Source: a virus
Strand: one strand, 5' to 3'
Length of the DNA stretch: 64,000 nt
Virus record (IMG/VR): IMGVR_UViG_3300046689_000199
Made by a program: the position numbers and the translations under genes
The notes under the pieces: generated by a model
What the model was told of the DNA's origin: nothing
Databases searched by the model: none
Seen by the model: only the letters and a program-made list of their open reading frames with translations
Part shown: positions 16,026 to 25,541 of the stretch, piece by piece
How positions within the stretch are numbered: the first letter of the stretch is position 1
Layout: each line of letters starts with the position of its first letter

Positions 16026-16381
16026 CCTGGGCTGACTTCCTGAAGTACTCCAAGTACATCGCGGTGTTCTACGCCTCGGCGTTCCTGATCGGCGTCATCG
16101 GGATCTGGGCCCAGCCACACGCGCAGTGGATCTGGACCGCGGTGATGTTCTTCGGCGCTGCTCTGGCCGGGAACATCGCGCTCGGGTTCTACCACGCCAA
16201 CCACCACAGCTCGATGGTGATGGCGAAGAACGAGTACCTGTCCAAACAGGAAGAGCATGTGGTGATCACGGGTGAGACCACCAAGGCTCTGGACTTCCAG
16301 CGACGCGCCGTCAACGCCGAGATGGAAGACCTGATGCGCGACAAGGTACGTCAGGTGATCCGCGAAGAGCGGGGTTACTGA
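16022..16381 (+). CDS. Membrane protein (two TM segments)
   Basis: ATGA overlap with the upstream gene; hydrophobic helices. Confidence 0.55.
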   Translation: MTWADFLKYSKYIAVFYASAFLIGVIGIWAQPHAQWIWTAVMFFGAALAGNIALGFYHANHHSSMVMAKNEYLSKQEEHVVITGETTKALDFQRRAVNAEMEDLMRDKVRQVIREERGY

Positions 16382-16728
16382 TGCGGGTCAAGCCGCTCAT
16401 CGCCGCCGGCATCGCCTTGACCATCATCGGCTGGATCGCACTGATGGTCAGCTTCTGGCTACCCGGAGTGATCGGCCATGCCCTCCAGGCCACCGCTCTC
16501 TCGGTGGGCATCCCCGGGCTGGTATTCGCGATCGTCCCCGCCGTCTTCTGGCAGGAGATCGAGGAGTTCCAGCCGACCAAGAAGCCGCAGTCACTGCGCT
16601 GTACCGACTGCGGCAGCAAGATCCTCAACGCCGGTGGGACCACCATCGGCGACCAGATCGAGGGCGAGCTGATGGTCGGTCCTTGGACCCCACCGTCAGC
16701 GAGCCCGTTCGATAGAAAAGGGAAGTGA
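16381..16728 (+). CDS. Membrane protein with a C-terminal Zn-ribbon-like CTDCGSK motif
   Basis: TGATG overlap with the upstream gene; TM helices. Confidence 0.55.
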   Translation: MRVKPLIAAGIALTIIGWIALMVSFWLPGVIGHALQATALSVGIPGLVFAIVPAVFWQEIEEFQPTKKPQSLRCTDCGSKILNAGGTTIGDQIEGELMVGPWTPPSASPFDRKGK

Positions 16729-17211
16729 ATGACGAAGCTTGCTCACATCACATCTCGACCCGGCCACGAGCTGGGCGAGAAAGTCCTTGGCCTGTGTGGC
16801 AAGGAGTTCAAGGTCAAGGTCCTCTGGGCCGACCTCCCGGACGACAAGCCGATCTGTCGGACCTGCGTCGACGCCGCGATGAAGGCGCTGACGGAGGCCG
16901 ACGAGCTCATCATGATGACTCGGTCACGAGTCCGCCGGCTGAGCGTCCATCTGAAGATCCTCGGCGAGGTCATGGACGCTGGTCTGCTCCTCGACGACAT
17001 CTCCGAGAGGGACGCCGATCACCTGGAGAAGCAGGTCGGTGACGCCCTGGCCAAGGCCGACCGGAAGCGGGCCAAGCAGACCTGCACCTGCACCTGGACC
17101 TCCGCCGAGATGTTCGAGGAGAACCCGGACTGCCCGATCCACGGTGGAGAGCTGGATGCCGTCCCGGTCGAGATCGAGGACGTTCCTCTCCCTGAGGAGG
17201 ACCAGGAGTGA
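16729..17211 (+). CDS. Hypothetical protein
   Basis: GAAAAGGGAAG element 4 nt upstream of the ATG. Confidence 0.55.
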   Translation: MTKLAHITSRPGHELGEKVLGLCGKEFKVKVLWADLPDDKPICRTCVDAAMKALTEADELIMMTRSRVRRLSVHLKILGEVMDAGLLLDDISERDADHLEKQVGDALAKADRKRAKQTCTCTWTSAEMFEENPDCPIHGGELDAVPVEIEDVPLPEEDQE

Positions 17212-17576
17212 AGCCCACCACGGTCTCCACTGACGAGCTCCTAGAGAAGCTGAAGGCGAACCGGGAGAAGCACATCGCCGAGTACAAGTCGGCCAGGAAG
17301 ATCTGGCTGAAGCAGGCGATCAAGGAGCTCCGGAAGGTGGCGGACAGGGCGGAGAAGACCAAGACGCTCAACAACAAGAGCTTCTCTCCGCTGAGGTCGC
17401 TGCCGAAGCCGGTCAGCTACGCACACTCCTACGACGTCATGATCGCTCGCCTCGAAGCAGAGGTGAACGACCAGGTCGAGCTGGACGAGCGTGACTTCAA
17501 CGCCTACTGGCTCGACAACTGGGACTGGTCCGGAGCGTTCGTCGGCACCACGTCGCTCTACAACGCAGCGCCATGA
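17208..17576 (+). CDS. Hypothetical protein (GTG start)
   Basis: GTGA overlap with the upstream gene. Confidence 0.5.
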   Translation: MKPTTVSTDELLEKLKANREKHIAEYKSARKIWLKQAIKELRKVADRAEKTKTLNNKSFSPLRSLPKPVSYAHSYDVMIARLEAEVNDQVELDERDFNAYWLDNWDWSGAFVGTTSLYNAAP

Positions 17577-17758
17577 GCATCGAGATCCCGCGGATCGACA
17601 CGGTGATGCACTTCACCGACGAGATCGCGGTGGTGGAGATCTCCACGTTCCGTGACGAGCTCACCCTCGTCGTCGGAGCGCCGTACACCAACGTCTCGAC
17701 CGTGCACCACGAGGGTCAGACGATCATCACCATCGGGAAGGACCCGGAACACACATGA
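17573..17758 (+). CDS. Hypothetical small protein
   Basis: ATGA overlaps on both sides. Confidence 0.45.
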   Translation: MSIEIPRIDTVMHFTDEIAVVEISTFRDELTLVVGAPYTNVSTVHHEGQTIITIGKDPEHT

Positions 17759-18681
17759 GAAGGATGAAGCAGGCCGCCCTCGCACTGGTCGGGGGCGGCC
17801 TCGTATTGAGCGGGTGCGGCTACAACGTGCCCTCAGACATGGTGGCGATCCACGTGAAGAGTGGGCCCACCGACTCCAAGCAGGTCGTTGGCTGCGTCGA
17901 CTCGGCGTCCAGGAAGCACTTCTGGCAGACCAACGACTCCTACCCTCTCTTCCCCACCTCCGAACGGGAGTGGGACGCGACCGGCCAGTCCGGCAGCGAC
18001 AGCAAGGACTTCACCTCGGTCACCAAGGACAAGGTGGTCATGAACGTCCCGGTGACCATCCGGTTCACCCTGAAGACCGACTGCCCCACGCTGGAGAAGT
18101 TCTACACCTCCTACGCACGTCGGTACGGGGTGTCCTTCAAGAGCGACGGCAGCTACAACGACCAGTGGGAGACCCTGCTCCGGAAGCTGGTCGCTGACCC
18201 GTCCGACCAGACCCTGGACCGGATCGTCCAGCAGTACAACTGGCAGAACGTCTGGAACGACCCGAAGACCAAGACCGAGATCGAGCAGCAGATGAACGAC
18301 GCGCTGCAGTCGGACAGCTCGCTCATGGTGCAGACCGCCAAGGGCAGCTACTTCGACGGCATCTCGGTGCTGATCGGTACCCCGCAGCCACAGAACCCGG
18401 ACCTCGCCGCCGCAGTGGCCTCTGAGCAGACCCTGGTCGCTCAGGCCGACGCAGCACGGGCCCAGGCCAAGGCGGACAAGGCCAAGGCAGTCGCGGAGAC
18501 CGCGGTCGCCAAGGCGGAGGCCGCGAAGCAGCGTGCCGGCATCGAGGGCTACGAGCTGAAGGGGATGACTCCCGCACAGGCGGTCCGGGCCTACAACGAG
18601 GCCCAGCTGATCGCTCAGGGTGGGAACCCGTACCAGCCGCAGTACATCGTCGGTGGCACCGTTCCCCAGGGAGGCCAGTGA
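17755..18681 (+). CDS. Secreted lipoprotein (lipobox LSGC) with an SPFH/band-7-like body and a coiled-coil tail rich in Ala and Lys
   Basis: MRRMKQAALALVGGGLVLSGC signal and lipobox; the central domain plus AQAKADKAKAVAETAVAKAEAAKQRAG coiled coil resembles the HflK/C (SPFH) architecture. Inferred only. Confidence 0.5.
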   Translation: MRRMKQAALALVGGGLVLSGCGYNVPSDMVAIHVKSGPTDSKQVVGCVDSASRKHFWQTNDSYPLFPTSEREWDATGQSGSDSKDFTSVTKDKVVMNVPVTIRFTLKTDCPTLEKFYTSYARRYGVSFKSDGSYNDQWETLLRKLVADPSDQTLDRIVQQYNWQNVWNDPKTKTEIEQQMNDALQSDSSLMVQTAKGSYFDGISVLIGTPQPQNPDLAAAVASEQTLVAQADAARAQAKADKAKAVAETAVAKAEAAKQRAGIEGYELKGMTPAQAVRAYNEAQLIAQGGNPYQPQYIVGGTVPQGGQ

Positions 18682-18821
18682 TGGACTGGATCGGAACCAT
18701 CCTCACCGCAGTCGGGTCCTCCGTGATCACCTGCGTGTTCATGGAGGCCTACTACCAGCGTCGGGCGCAGGACCAGATGGGCGAGCACGATGCCCAGCTG
18801 TCCGACCACCGAGCGGGGTGA
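18681..18821 (+). CDS. Small membrane protein (46 aa)
   Basis: TGATG overlap with the upstream gene; hydrophobic segment ILTAVGSSVITCVFM. Confidence 0.35.
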   Translation: MDWIGTILTAVGSSVITCVFMEAYYQRRAQDQMGEHDAQLSDHRAG

Positions 18822-18825
18822 GGTC

Positions 18826-18963
18826 ATGAAGATCAAGGTTCAGCTCGAACCGAACGAGGTAGTCGACGACTGGTCCGCGTTCCGCGACGCCTTCGAGGAG
18901 GCAGCTCGGAAGATGGACCTCGGCATCTCGATCATCATCCACACCGACGAGGAGCTGGCATGA
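18826..18963 (+). CDS. Possible small protein (45 aa)
   Basis: ATG 5 nt after the upstream stop; ATGA overlap with the next gene. Confidence 0.3.
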   Translation: MKIKVQLEPNEVVDDWSAFRDAFEEAARKMDLGISIIIHTDEELA

Positions 18964-19658
18964 GCGACGAGAACGCGGCGCACCCACTGATGGTGATGCT
19001 GTTCGGGCAGCAGTCCTTCGTGGGGGACGCCGAGAAGGTCGAGAACGAGATCATGCCGTTGGAGGAGCAGCTGGCCTTCGACGTGGGTGACTGCGCGATC
19101 ATCGCCCAGGCCAACACCCAGCTGGAGAACGACCTGGTGTTCGTGCAGATGCTCTCTGCCATCGACCACCAGGACACCTTCCCCGACTGGGCCGACCGCG
19201 AGATGAACTCCTTCGTGCTCTGCGAGTACTTCAGCGCAGGGGACAAGGAGTTCAACATCGGCTGGTTCAGTCGGCTGAAGCTCCTGCCGATCAAGAAGTA
19301 CCGGTACAAGCAGGCTCGGGGGTGGCGCAAGAACGGCTTCCCCAACGAGATGCCCGAGTGGATCATGGCCAACCACGAGAAGTACACCGAGCAGCTGTCG
19401 AAGCACTCACCAGAGACCGTGCCCCGGGTGAGTCACTGCCCGAACTGCCAGTCCACCGACGTCGAGATCGTCGTCATCCGGAAACTGGAGTACCGCGGTC
19501 GAGTCGGTGTGCTGACGATCGACGGGCACGAGTTCTACGTGCCGGTCACCGACCCAGTGGAGACCTCGACTCACATCGCGCGTCTGCACTGCAAGGGCTG
19601 CGACTCGAAGGCTGATCTAGCCGACGACGAGTGGCAGCTCCCCGGGATCAGTAACTGA
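18960..19658 (+). CDS. Hypothetical protein with a C-terminal Zn-ribbon (CPNC...CKGC)
   Basis: ORF of 232 aa. Confidence 0.55.
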   Translation: MSDENAAHPLMVMLFGQQSFVGDAEKVENEIMPLEEQLAFDVGDCAIIAQANTQLENDLVFVQMLSAIDHQDTFPDWADREMNSFVLCEYFSAGDKEFNIGWFSRLKLLPIKKYRYKQARGWRKNGFPNEMPEWIMANHEKYTEQLSKHSPETVPRVSHCPNCQSTDVEIVVIRKLEYRGRVGVLTIDGHEFYVPVTDPVETSTHIARLHCKGCDSKADLADDEWQLPGISN

Positions 19659-19678
19659 TCCTCAGCTCTTCCTGTTGT

Positions 19679-19701
19679 GTCGTGTATGTGATACAATAGG
19701 T
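19679..19701 (+). promoter_or_regulatory. Promoter-like element with an extended -10 (TGTGATACAAT), third copy of the conserved motif GTGTATGTGATACAAT. A structured leader of about 150 nt follows.
   Basis: 16-mer identity with the 3851-3866 copy; hairpins at 19709-19735 and 19747-19785 in the leader. Confidence 0.45.
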
Positions 19702-19852
19702 ACGTACCTCAGCGACAGCATGTCCTGAGGTGCACAGCCCTCACGGCTCAGATAGCCGTGGGGGCTTTCGCATGCCCGCACTAGGACCTAGTGGCGGTGG
19801 GACCCACCCAGGGCGTGTGCAGAGATCCATCAACCCGAAGGGAAGTAAGACA

Positions 19853-20662
19853 GTGACTACTGTCGCCAACGAGTCGACCCCGTCCGTGTGGACGCAGGTC
19901 GGCCAGCACCTCAGGAACTGGGGTGCGAAGGTCGTCGACATCGCCAAGCGAGTCGGCAACTGGTTCGTCAAGGGAGCCAAGTGGCTCTGGAACACCAAGC
20001 CGGTCCAGTGGACCGTCTCCAAGACGCAGTTCGTTGCGGGGAAGGTCTGGCTCGGCCTCAACGTGGCGTTTCACTACGCCAAGGGTCCGATCCTCTGGGT
20101 CGGTACACCCGTACTCGCGCTCTGGGCCATGCCCACGGCTTCGACGATCGTTCTGGGCGTGGGTGTTCTTGCTCTGGCTGGGATCACCTTCTTCACGTGG
20201 CGGGCCTACCGTCACCTCCGCACCATCTCCACGCAGGAGGAGCTCATCGACCTGACCGAGCGTGTGGTGGAGGCACTCAGCGACGAGAAGAGCAACCCGC
20301 TCGTGTTCGAGGGCCCGCTCACCGCAGAGGAGACCGTGGACTCGCGGTACTCCTACCTGCAGGACCGACTGGCCGACGCGGTCAACACGAACAACACCGA
20401 CCAGTACGCGGAGGCCTTGGGCCGGATGCACCTGCTCGAAGTCCGCGCTGGCAGGACCGTTGGTACGCGCAAGGAGAAGTTGACGAAGGACTCGTCGGTC
20501 TCCGAGATCTACCGCGCGGCCAAGAAGAAGGCCGAGGGGGAGTCCAAGGACTTCACCTGGAACTGGACCTTGATGTACCGCGCTGTGCAGAACGAGAGCA
20601 AGCGCTTCAAGGACAGGGAGAAGCTCCTCCGGGAGCACGGCAACTTGGTCCCGATCAAGTAG
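19853..20662 (+). CDS. Membrane protein (two to three TM segments) with a cytoplasmic coiled-coil C-terminus; GTG start 7 nt after CGAAGGGAAG
   Basis: Hydrophobic segments WLGLNVAFHY...VLALAGITFFTW; first gene after the promoter-like element. Confidence 0.5.
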   Translation: MTTVANESTPSVWTQVGQHLRNWGAKVVDIAKRVGNWFVKGAKWLWNTKPVQWTVSKTQFVAGKVWLGLNVAFHYAKGPILWVGTPVLALWAMPTASTIVLGVGVLALAGITFFTWRAYRHLRTISTQEELIDLTERVVEALSDEKSNPLVFEGPLTAEETVDSRYSYLQDRLADAVNTNNTDQYAEALGRMHLLEVRAGRTVGTRKEKLTKDSSVSEIYRAAKKKAEGESKDFTWNWTLMYRAVQNESKRFKDREKLLREHGNLVPIK

Positions 20663-20739
20663 CCGGTAACACCGGTAAGGGGGAGAGGTCTGTAGGCCTC
20701 TCCCCCTTCTGCCATGACATCACATAGGAGGTACCAGTT

Positions 20740-21003
20740 ATGGCGCAGAACCAGAAGCAAGGAGCGAGGGAGATGCGACTGGTCTTCAGGACCGACAGCC
20801 CGAACTTCGCACGTACCGACATCCACTGGATGGATCGCGTCAGTAACGCGATGGCGCAGGTACAGAACACCAGCGCGATCTTGGAGTTCGTCGACTCCGA
20901 GTCCGGTCACATCCTTCGCCGAGTCGAACTCGGCGAGCCCACGAAGGAGATGCGCGATCTCTTCGACTTCGAGTTCGGAGCAGAGGAAGTGATTGGTGCG
21001 TGA
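20740..21003 (+). CDS. Hypothetical protein (SD AGGAGG)
   Basis: Canonical SD 8 nt upstream. Confidence 0.5.
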   Translation: MAQNQKQGAREMRLVFRTDSPNFARTDIHWMDRVSNAMAQVQNTSAILEFVDSESGHILRRVELGEPTKEMRDLFDFEFGAEEVIGA

Positions 21004-21380
21004 GGCATTCTCCCGATGACGCAGCCTTCAACAGGGTGCTACGGGAAGAGGTGGAGCAGACGAACCATAACGAGCGGGTGATCTTCATCGACACCGACAA
21101 CAACGTTCGTGAGGCCGTCTACCCCAGCGAGTTCACCACTGGAGTCCTCCAGGCTGTACGTCAACGTCTGGAGGACTCCGGTCAGCTGAAGGCGGTAATC
21201 CACATCTCAGCTCACGTTCTCGGTGGGCCGGGAGGACGAGGACCGCGCACCTCTGTCGTTGAGTACCTCCCCACCCAGGAGTGGTACACAACCCGTTTCC
21301 AGATCCCACTCATGACTTGGACCCAAGAGCCACCTGAGGTCCTAGAAGCCACCAAGCAGCTCTTCAGAGAGGAGGAGTAG
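21000..21380 (+). CDS. Hypothetical protein (GTG start)
   Basis: GTGA overlap with the upstream gene. Confidence 0.5.
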   Translation: MRHSPDDAAFNRVLREEVEQTNHNERVIFIDTDNNVREAVYPSEFTTGVLQAVRQRLEDSGQLKAVIHISAHVLGGPGGRGPRTSVVEYLPTQEWYTTRFQIPLMTWTQEPPEVLEATKQLFREEE

Positions 21381-21415
21381 CCCGTACACGTCCAGTTCCA
21401 CCATGAAGGGAAACC

Positions 21416-21685
21416 ATGTCCGATCTCACCATCGTGAGAATGCGACTGACGGCTGACCTGATCGCCAAGGTCAAGAAGCCGTTGCCCGCGCCTCACCTCG
21501 TCACCATCGCCAACCGCAGCATGACCTATCTGCGGACCGGTGCTGTGGAGGGCTTCGAGGATCGTCTCGAAGTCATCTACGACGACCAGTTCCGGAACGT
21601 GCACATGCACCACCACGACGCACGATTCGACACCTGTCGGATCTGCCTCAGGTACGCCCAGGACTCCCTGGGTGTCATCGAGTAG
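21416..21685 (+). CDS. Hypothetical protein
   Basis: CCATGAAGGGAAACC element directly upstream of the ATG. Confidence 0.5.
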   Translation: MSDLTIVRMRLTADLIAKVKKPLPAPHLVTIANRSMTYLRTGAVEGFEDRLEVIYDDQFRNVHMHHHDARFDTCRICLRYAQDSLGVIE

Positions 21686-21742
21686 TTCAGTTCAACCCAC
21701 ATCACACAACCGCGGTAATCCAACCGAAGGAGCAACATCCGT

Positions 21743-23242
21743 ATGTCGGACACGAAAGACAGCATGTGGAGTGACAAGGCAGCGAAGAAGGACGTGAAGG
21801 CGGCCAACGACTTCCTGAAGGACGTCGCCGGCGGTCGGATCACGGTGGAGAGCGCATTCGAGTACCGCGAGGACGGCGGAATCCGGATCGCACTCCCCCA
21901 GGTCCCCTCGAAGCTCAGCCTGAAGAAGGCAGCGAACATGCTGCTCTCGCAGGCGGAGGCCGAGGAGGCCATGCACGAGTACACCAAGCCGTTCGACTGC
22001 CGTCCCATGGACGGTGCCTTCGCCTTCAACAAGGTCCTGAAGGACGTCTACGGCATGACCGCGCTGGGCAAGGAGATCCGGAGCTTCTTCGGAAGCCAGC
22101 TCCCCGAGCTCCGCACGGTCAAGGTCAGCCCGACCGAGGAGGTCCAGGTGCCGTTCGGCCTCCTGGAGTTCCCGCCGCTGGGCGCGCAGTTCTACCTGCA
22201 GGAGCGCGCCGACGACGACTACGGGATGGCGTTCCAGGTGTACGTCATGGCCAAGAAGAAGTACGAGGTGGAGATCCGCGGCCTGCTGATGCTGGTCGAG
22301 GCCTACATCCGGGAGCACTCGATCTACCGCAACAAGGCGCTCATCGGCGTCGGGCGGATCGTGAACGGCTCGTACAAGGAGCCGGAGTTCTTCAACCCGT
22401 ACACGGTGGACCGCACCGAGGTCGTCTACTCCAAGGACGTCTTCGAGGCACTCACCGACGAGATCTGGGGCGTGGTCGAGACCGCGGACCTGCTTCGTCA
22501 GAACGGGAACGACCTGGGCAACAAGGTGCTCCTGCACGGGGAGAACGGCACGGGTAAGACGCTCGCCGCCGCGATCTCCGCGCAGATCTGCGTGGAGAAC
22601 GACTGGTCGTTCATCCAGGCTCGGTGGGACGAGGACCTGAAGCACGTCATGCGCTTCGCGGAGCTCCTCGGCACGCCGGTGGTCCTCGTGATCGAGGACG
22701 TGGAGAAGCTGATCAGCAGCAGCCCGCAGAAGATGGACCAGCTCCTGGAGCAGTTCGACGGGATGCGGACCAAGGGCCGTGAGGTCCTGCTGCTGATGAC
22801 GTCCAACCACGTCGGTGAGCTCCCCAAGGCGATGACTCGTGCGGGGCGCATCAACCGGATGATCTACGTCAGCGACCTCGACAAGGAGGGCGTGGAGCGC
22901 CTGATCAACGTGCTCATCCCGGCGGCTCAGCGGGAGGAGCTGGACTACGAGCAGCTGCACACCGCCTACGAGGGGTTCTCTCCCTCGTGGATCGTGCAGG
23001 CTCTGAAGGGTGTGTCCAAGCAGAGCGTGATCCGTACCAAGGAGCTCGGCCAGCCGCTGGCGACCGAGGACTTCGTGAGGTGCGCCAACGCGCTGCGTGC
23101 GGCCTGGCAGCTGCACACGGACACCGAGGCACGTCCCTCCAAGCCGGTCCTGGAGACCGCGCTGCGTGAGGTCATCGCTCAGGAGCTGCAGGCCCACTTC
23201 GTGGACGTCGGCGACTCGGGCGACATCCTGGTCCGGGACTGA
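21743..23242 (+). CDS. Classic-clade AAA+ ATPase (499 aa) with a 260-aa N-terminal domain of unknown function
   Basis: Walker A LLHGENGTGKTLAA; Walker B VVLVIEDVE; sensor-1 and second region of homology MTSNHVGELPKAMTRAGRINRMIYVSDLD. Confidence 0.8.
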   Translation: MSDTKDSMWSDKAAKKDVKAANDFLKDVAGGRITVESAFEYREDGGIRIALPQVPSKLSLKKAANMLLSQAEAEEAMHEYTKPFDCRPMDGAFAFNKVLKDVYGMTALGKEIRSFFGSQLPELRTVKVSPTEEVQVPFGLLEFPPLGAQFYLQERADDDYGMAFQVYVMAKKKYEVEIRGLLMLVEAYIREHSIYRNKALIGVGRIVNGSYKEPEFFNPYTVDRTEVVYSKDVFEALTDEIWGVVETADLLRQNGNDLGNKVLLHGENGTGKTLAAAISAQICVENDWSFIQARWDEDLKHVMRFAELLGTPVVLVIEDVEKLISSSPQKMDQLLEQFDGMRTKGREVLLLMTSNHVGELPKAMTRAGRINRMIYVSDLDKEGVERLINVLIPAAQREELDYEQLHTAYEGFSPSWIVQALKGVSKQSVIRTKELGQPLATEDFVRCANALRAAWQLHTDTEARPSKPVLETALREVIAQELQAHFVDVGDSGDILVRD

Positions 23243-23250
23243 TCTAGTCC

Positions 23251-23305
23251 CAAGCTAGACCGCCTCGGAGGGGTGGGAGTTGGCTTCCCTTCGCCCGCCC
23301 CTCCG
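23251..23305 (+). terminator. GC-rich hairpin (ggaggggtggg...cccgcccctcc) after the AAA+ gene; candidate terminator without a U-tract
   Basis: 11-bp stem with one mismatch, seen directly. Confidence 0.35.
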
Positions 23306-23331
23306 GGGCCCCAGGCATGAGAGGAACACAG

Positions 23332-23613
23332 ATGGATGTAGAAGACGCCTTCACAGAGGAGGCGATCAACGCGCTCGGTACCAATGTCGTTGACGAGACA
23401 GAGGACGAGCTGAGAGACATCATCAAGCGGATCTACACGACCAACGAGATCGCCCCAGTCACGGACGACCACGTGAACATCGCCATGCTCTGCTTCGTCG
23501 CTGGCCGGACCTACCAGTCCGATCAGACGGAGCCGGCGGTGGTCTCGATCGAGATGACTCCGCAGACGGCCACGGACTTCATTCACTTCCTGGTCGAGAG
23601 AGGAGCGCCATGA
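23332..23613 (+). CDS. Hypothetical acidic protein (start MDVEDAF; alternative at 23317)
   Basis: Preceded by TGAGAGGAACACAG, the same element that precedes the ATG at 14154. Confidence 0.5.
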   Translation: MDVEDAFTEEAINALGTNVVDETEDELRDIIKRIYTTNEIAPVTDDHVNIAMLCFVAGRTYQSDQTEPAVVSIEMTPQTATDFIHFLVERGAP

Positions 23614-24290
23614 CCGATCTGATCGACGAGGTCAGGACCAGCTTCGAGATGGCCAAGCACACCGACACCAGTGGGCCCGTCACAGTGATGACTGCTGAGG
23701 ACGTGGTCCAGGCTCCTGGGTTCATGGCCATGAAGGGCTACTTCGAGAACCGCATCAACATCGTCACCAGGCGTGGCTACCGGCACTTCGCGGGAGCCAC
23801 GTTGACCCATGACGCGGACGAGCTGCTGAAGCAGACCGCTGCGGTGATGGTCACTCCCCTGCTGGCCACCCTGTTCCGAGCCTTCTCGGACGGGGTGATG
23901 GTGGGGCACCAGGACAACCACCTGGTGCGGATGATGTTGCACTTCAACCAGGCCGACGAGCTCTGGGGCGACGACGACTTCCTGAAAGCGTCGAAGGACC
24001 TGGGCAGTGGGTTCGCGGATGACGACGAGGTGTGTCACTACTTCGCCGACTACCTGATGGGTGGGGTCAACCACCTCGCCCATGTCACCGGCTTCGCGCA
24101 CTCACACGTGGAGCCGGCCAAGGTCTGGGACATCTGGATCATGGGCGGGACGGCGTGCGTCTGCGCGTCCTTCCTCGCCGGCAACAAGCTCGGAACTAGC
24201 TGGCGTGAGCGCGATGTGCTGGATGGCATCGCGATCGCGACTGAGGAGGCTCCCGTTGGACATACGGGAGAAGACGCAAGCGATCACTGA
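23610..24290 (+). CDS. Hypothetical protein
   Basis: ATGA overlap with the upstream gene. Confidence 0.5.
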   Translation: MTDLIDEVRTSFEMAKHTDTSGPVTVMTAEDVVQAPGFMAMKGYFENRINIVTRRGYRHFAGATLTHDADELLKQTAAVMVTPLLATLFRAFSDGVMVGHQDNHLVRMMLHFNQADELWGDDDFLKASKDLGSGFADDDEVCHYFADYLMGGVNHLAHVTGFAHSHVEPAKVWDIWIMGGTACVCASFLAGNKLGTSWRERDVLDGIAIATEEAPVGHTGEDASDH

Positions 24291-25023
24291 GGTGATGAAG
24301 AAGACCAAGGAGGACTGGGTCGCCACCAGGCCGGAGAACACCGACATCGCGATCTACCTGCACTTCTGGCGTGGTGATGATCTCATCATCACGCTGCAGT
24401 GTGAGGTGGACCGGGACACGGCGATGGCAGCTGGTGAGGTCGGAGCCATGGGCTTCGGTGCAGACACGATGGCGATCACGTTCGAGTCCTTCCACAGCAA
24501 TGAGCCCAACTCACCGCTGTCCGGGAAGCGGTGGAGACCACATGAGATGCAGTACGTCTTCGAGGCTGTGCCAGAGAACGCGGTGGAGCACTGGGTCGAT
24601 GAGTGCCTCACCACCACTCTGCACGAGCGAGGTGGGGGCTACGTCCTCAACTCGAACGGGTACCGGATCAACGGCGGCGAGCTGATCTGGACTGAAGCCC
24701 AGATGCATGTCACCTCGGAAGATGAAGATGGATCGGCTGCGGGGGTGATGTTCGAGTACCTCCAGCACGCCATGGCTGCTCCGACGATCGAGGAGAAGAT
24801 CGTCGAGGACGCCAAGACCAACCCGCTCAGCGCGATGATGGCCACCCTGGTCGAGGAGTCGGAACGTCGACTGTTCCACACCGACATGGCCACACTCACC
24901 GCGTTGAACGAGCGCGGGCTGATCAAGTCCGCACTCGTGGGTGCAGAGCCAGGCACCTTGCGCGAAGAGCTGCTCACCGAGCGTGTCGGCAACGACGGCA
25001 CCTGGAGCGTCACGCAGGTGTGA
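24256..25023 (+). CDS. Hypothetical protein (TTG start with SD GAGGAGG 5 nt upstream; alternative ATG at 24295)
   Basis: Strong SD inside the 3' end of the upstream gene. Confidence 0.45.
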   Translation: MDIREKTQAITEVMKKTKEDWVATRPENTDIAIYLHFWRGDDLIITLQCEVDRDTAMAAGEVGAMGFGADTMAITFESFHSNEPNSPLSGKRWRPHEMQYVFEAVPENAVEHWVDECLTTTLHERGGGYVLNSNGYRINGGELIWTEAQMHVTSEDEDGSAAGVMFEYLQHAMAAPTIEEKIVEDAKTNPLSAMMATLVEESERRLFHTDMATLTALNERGLIKSALVGAEPGTLREELLTERVGNDGTWSVTQV

Positions 25024-25093
25024 TCAGACAACCCCGTCGAGAGCGTTGTTGGCCAGCGCTCTCGGCGGGGTCCTTCACATGAAAGGGATACGC

Positions 25094-25372
25094 ATGCCCG
25101 AATGGGGCGAGAAGCCGGCAACGGCGCTAGACACAGCGCTACACAAGGTTCTGGAGGGCCTGGAGGAAGAGGTCATGGACGACCCGACCTTCGACCAGGT
25201 CACTGGGATTCCGATCGACAAGATGATCCCGCATGCGACCGAGGCGATCAGCAGCGTCTTCGGTAAGAAGAGGTCAGACCTGGACGACTTGATCCAGTGC
25301 TACGCGATGGGCTTCGTGATCGGGATGAAGTTCTCGCAGTTCCAGAGGGAGCACCCTGATGGAGACCACTGA
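25094..25372 (+). CDS. Hypothetical protein (start MPEWGEK; CACATGAAAGGGA element upstream)
   Basis: RBS-like motif 5 nt upstream of the ATG. Confidence 0.5.
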   Translation: MPEWGEKPATALDTALHKVLEGLEEEVMDDPTFDQVTGIPIDKMIPHATEAISSVFGKKRSDLDDLIQCYAMGFVIGMKFSQFQREHPDGDH

Positions 25373-25526
25373 GGAGCCCAAGTGCGAATGTGGAAGGCCT
25401 TCCGTCGTGAGCGTCAACGGCGCGCGATCGTGCGTCGGATGTCTCGACTCGGTTATCTCGGACCGGTTGTCAGGCGTCCGGACAGCCCTCCGCCAGTACT
25501 ACGCCCAGGCCGCAGAGGACGTGTGA
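25359..25526 (+). CDS. Small Zn-ribbon protein (55 aa; CECG...CVGC)
   Basis: Manual translation: METTEEPKCECGRPSVVSVNGARSCVGCLDSVISDRLSG... Confidence 0.35.
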   Translation: METTEEPKCECGRPSVVSVNGARSCVGCLDSVISDRLSGVRTALRQYYAQAAEDV

Positions 25527-25541
25527 ACAAGGAGGACTGAC

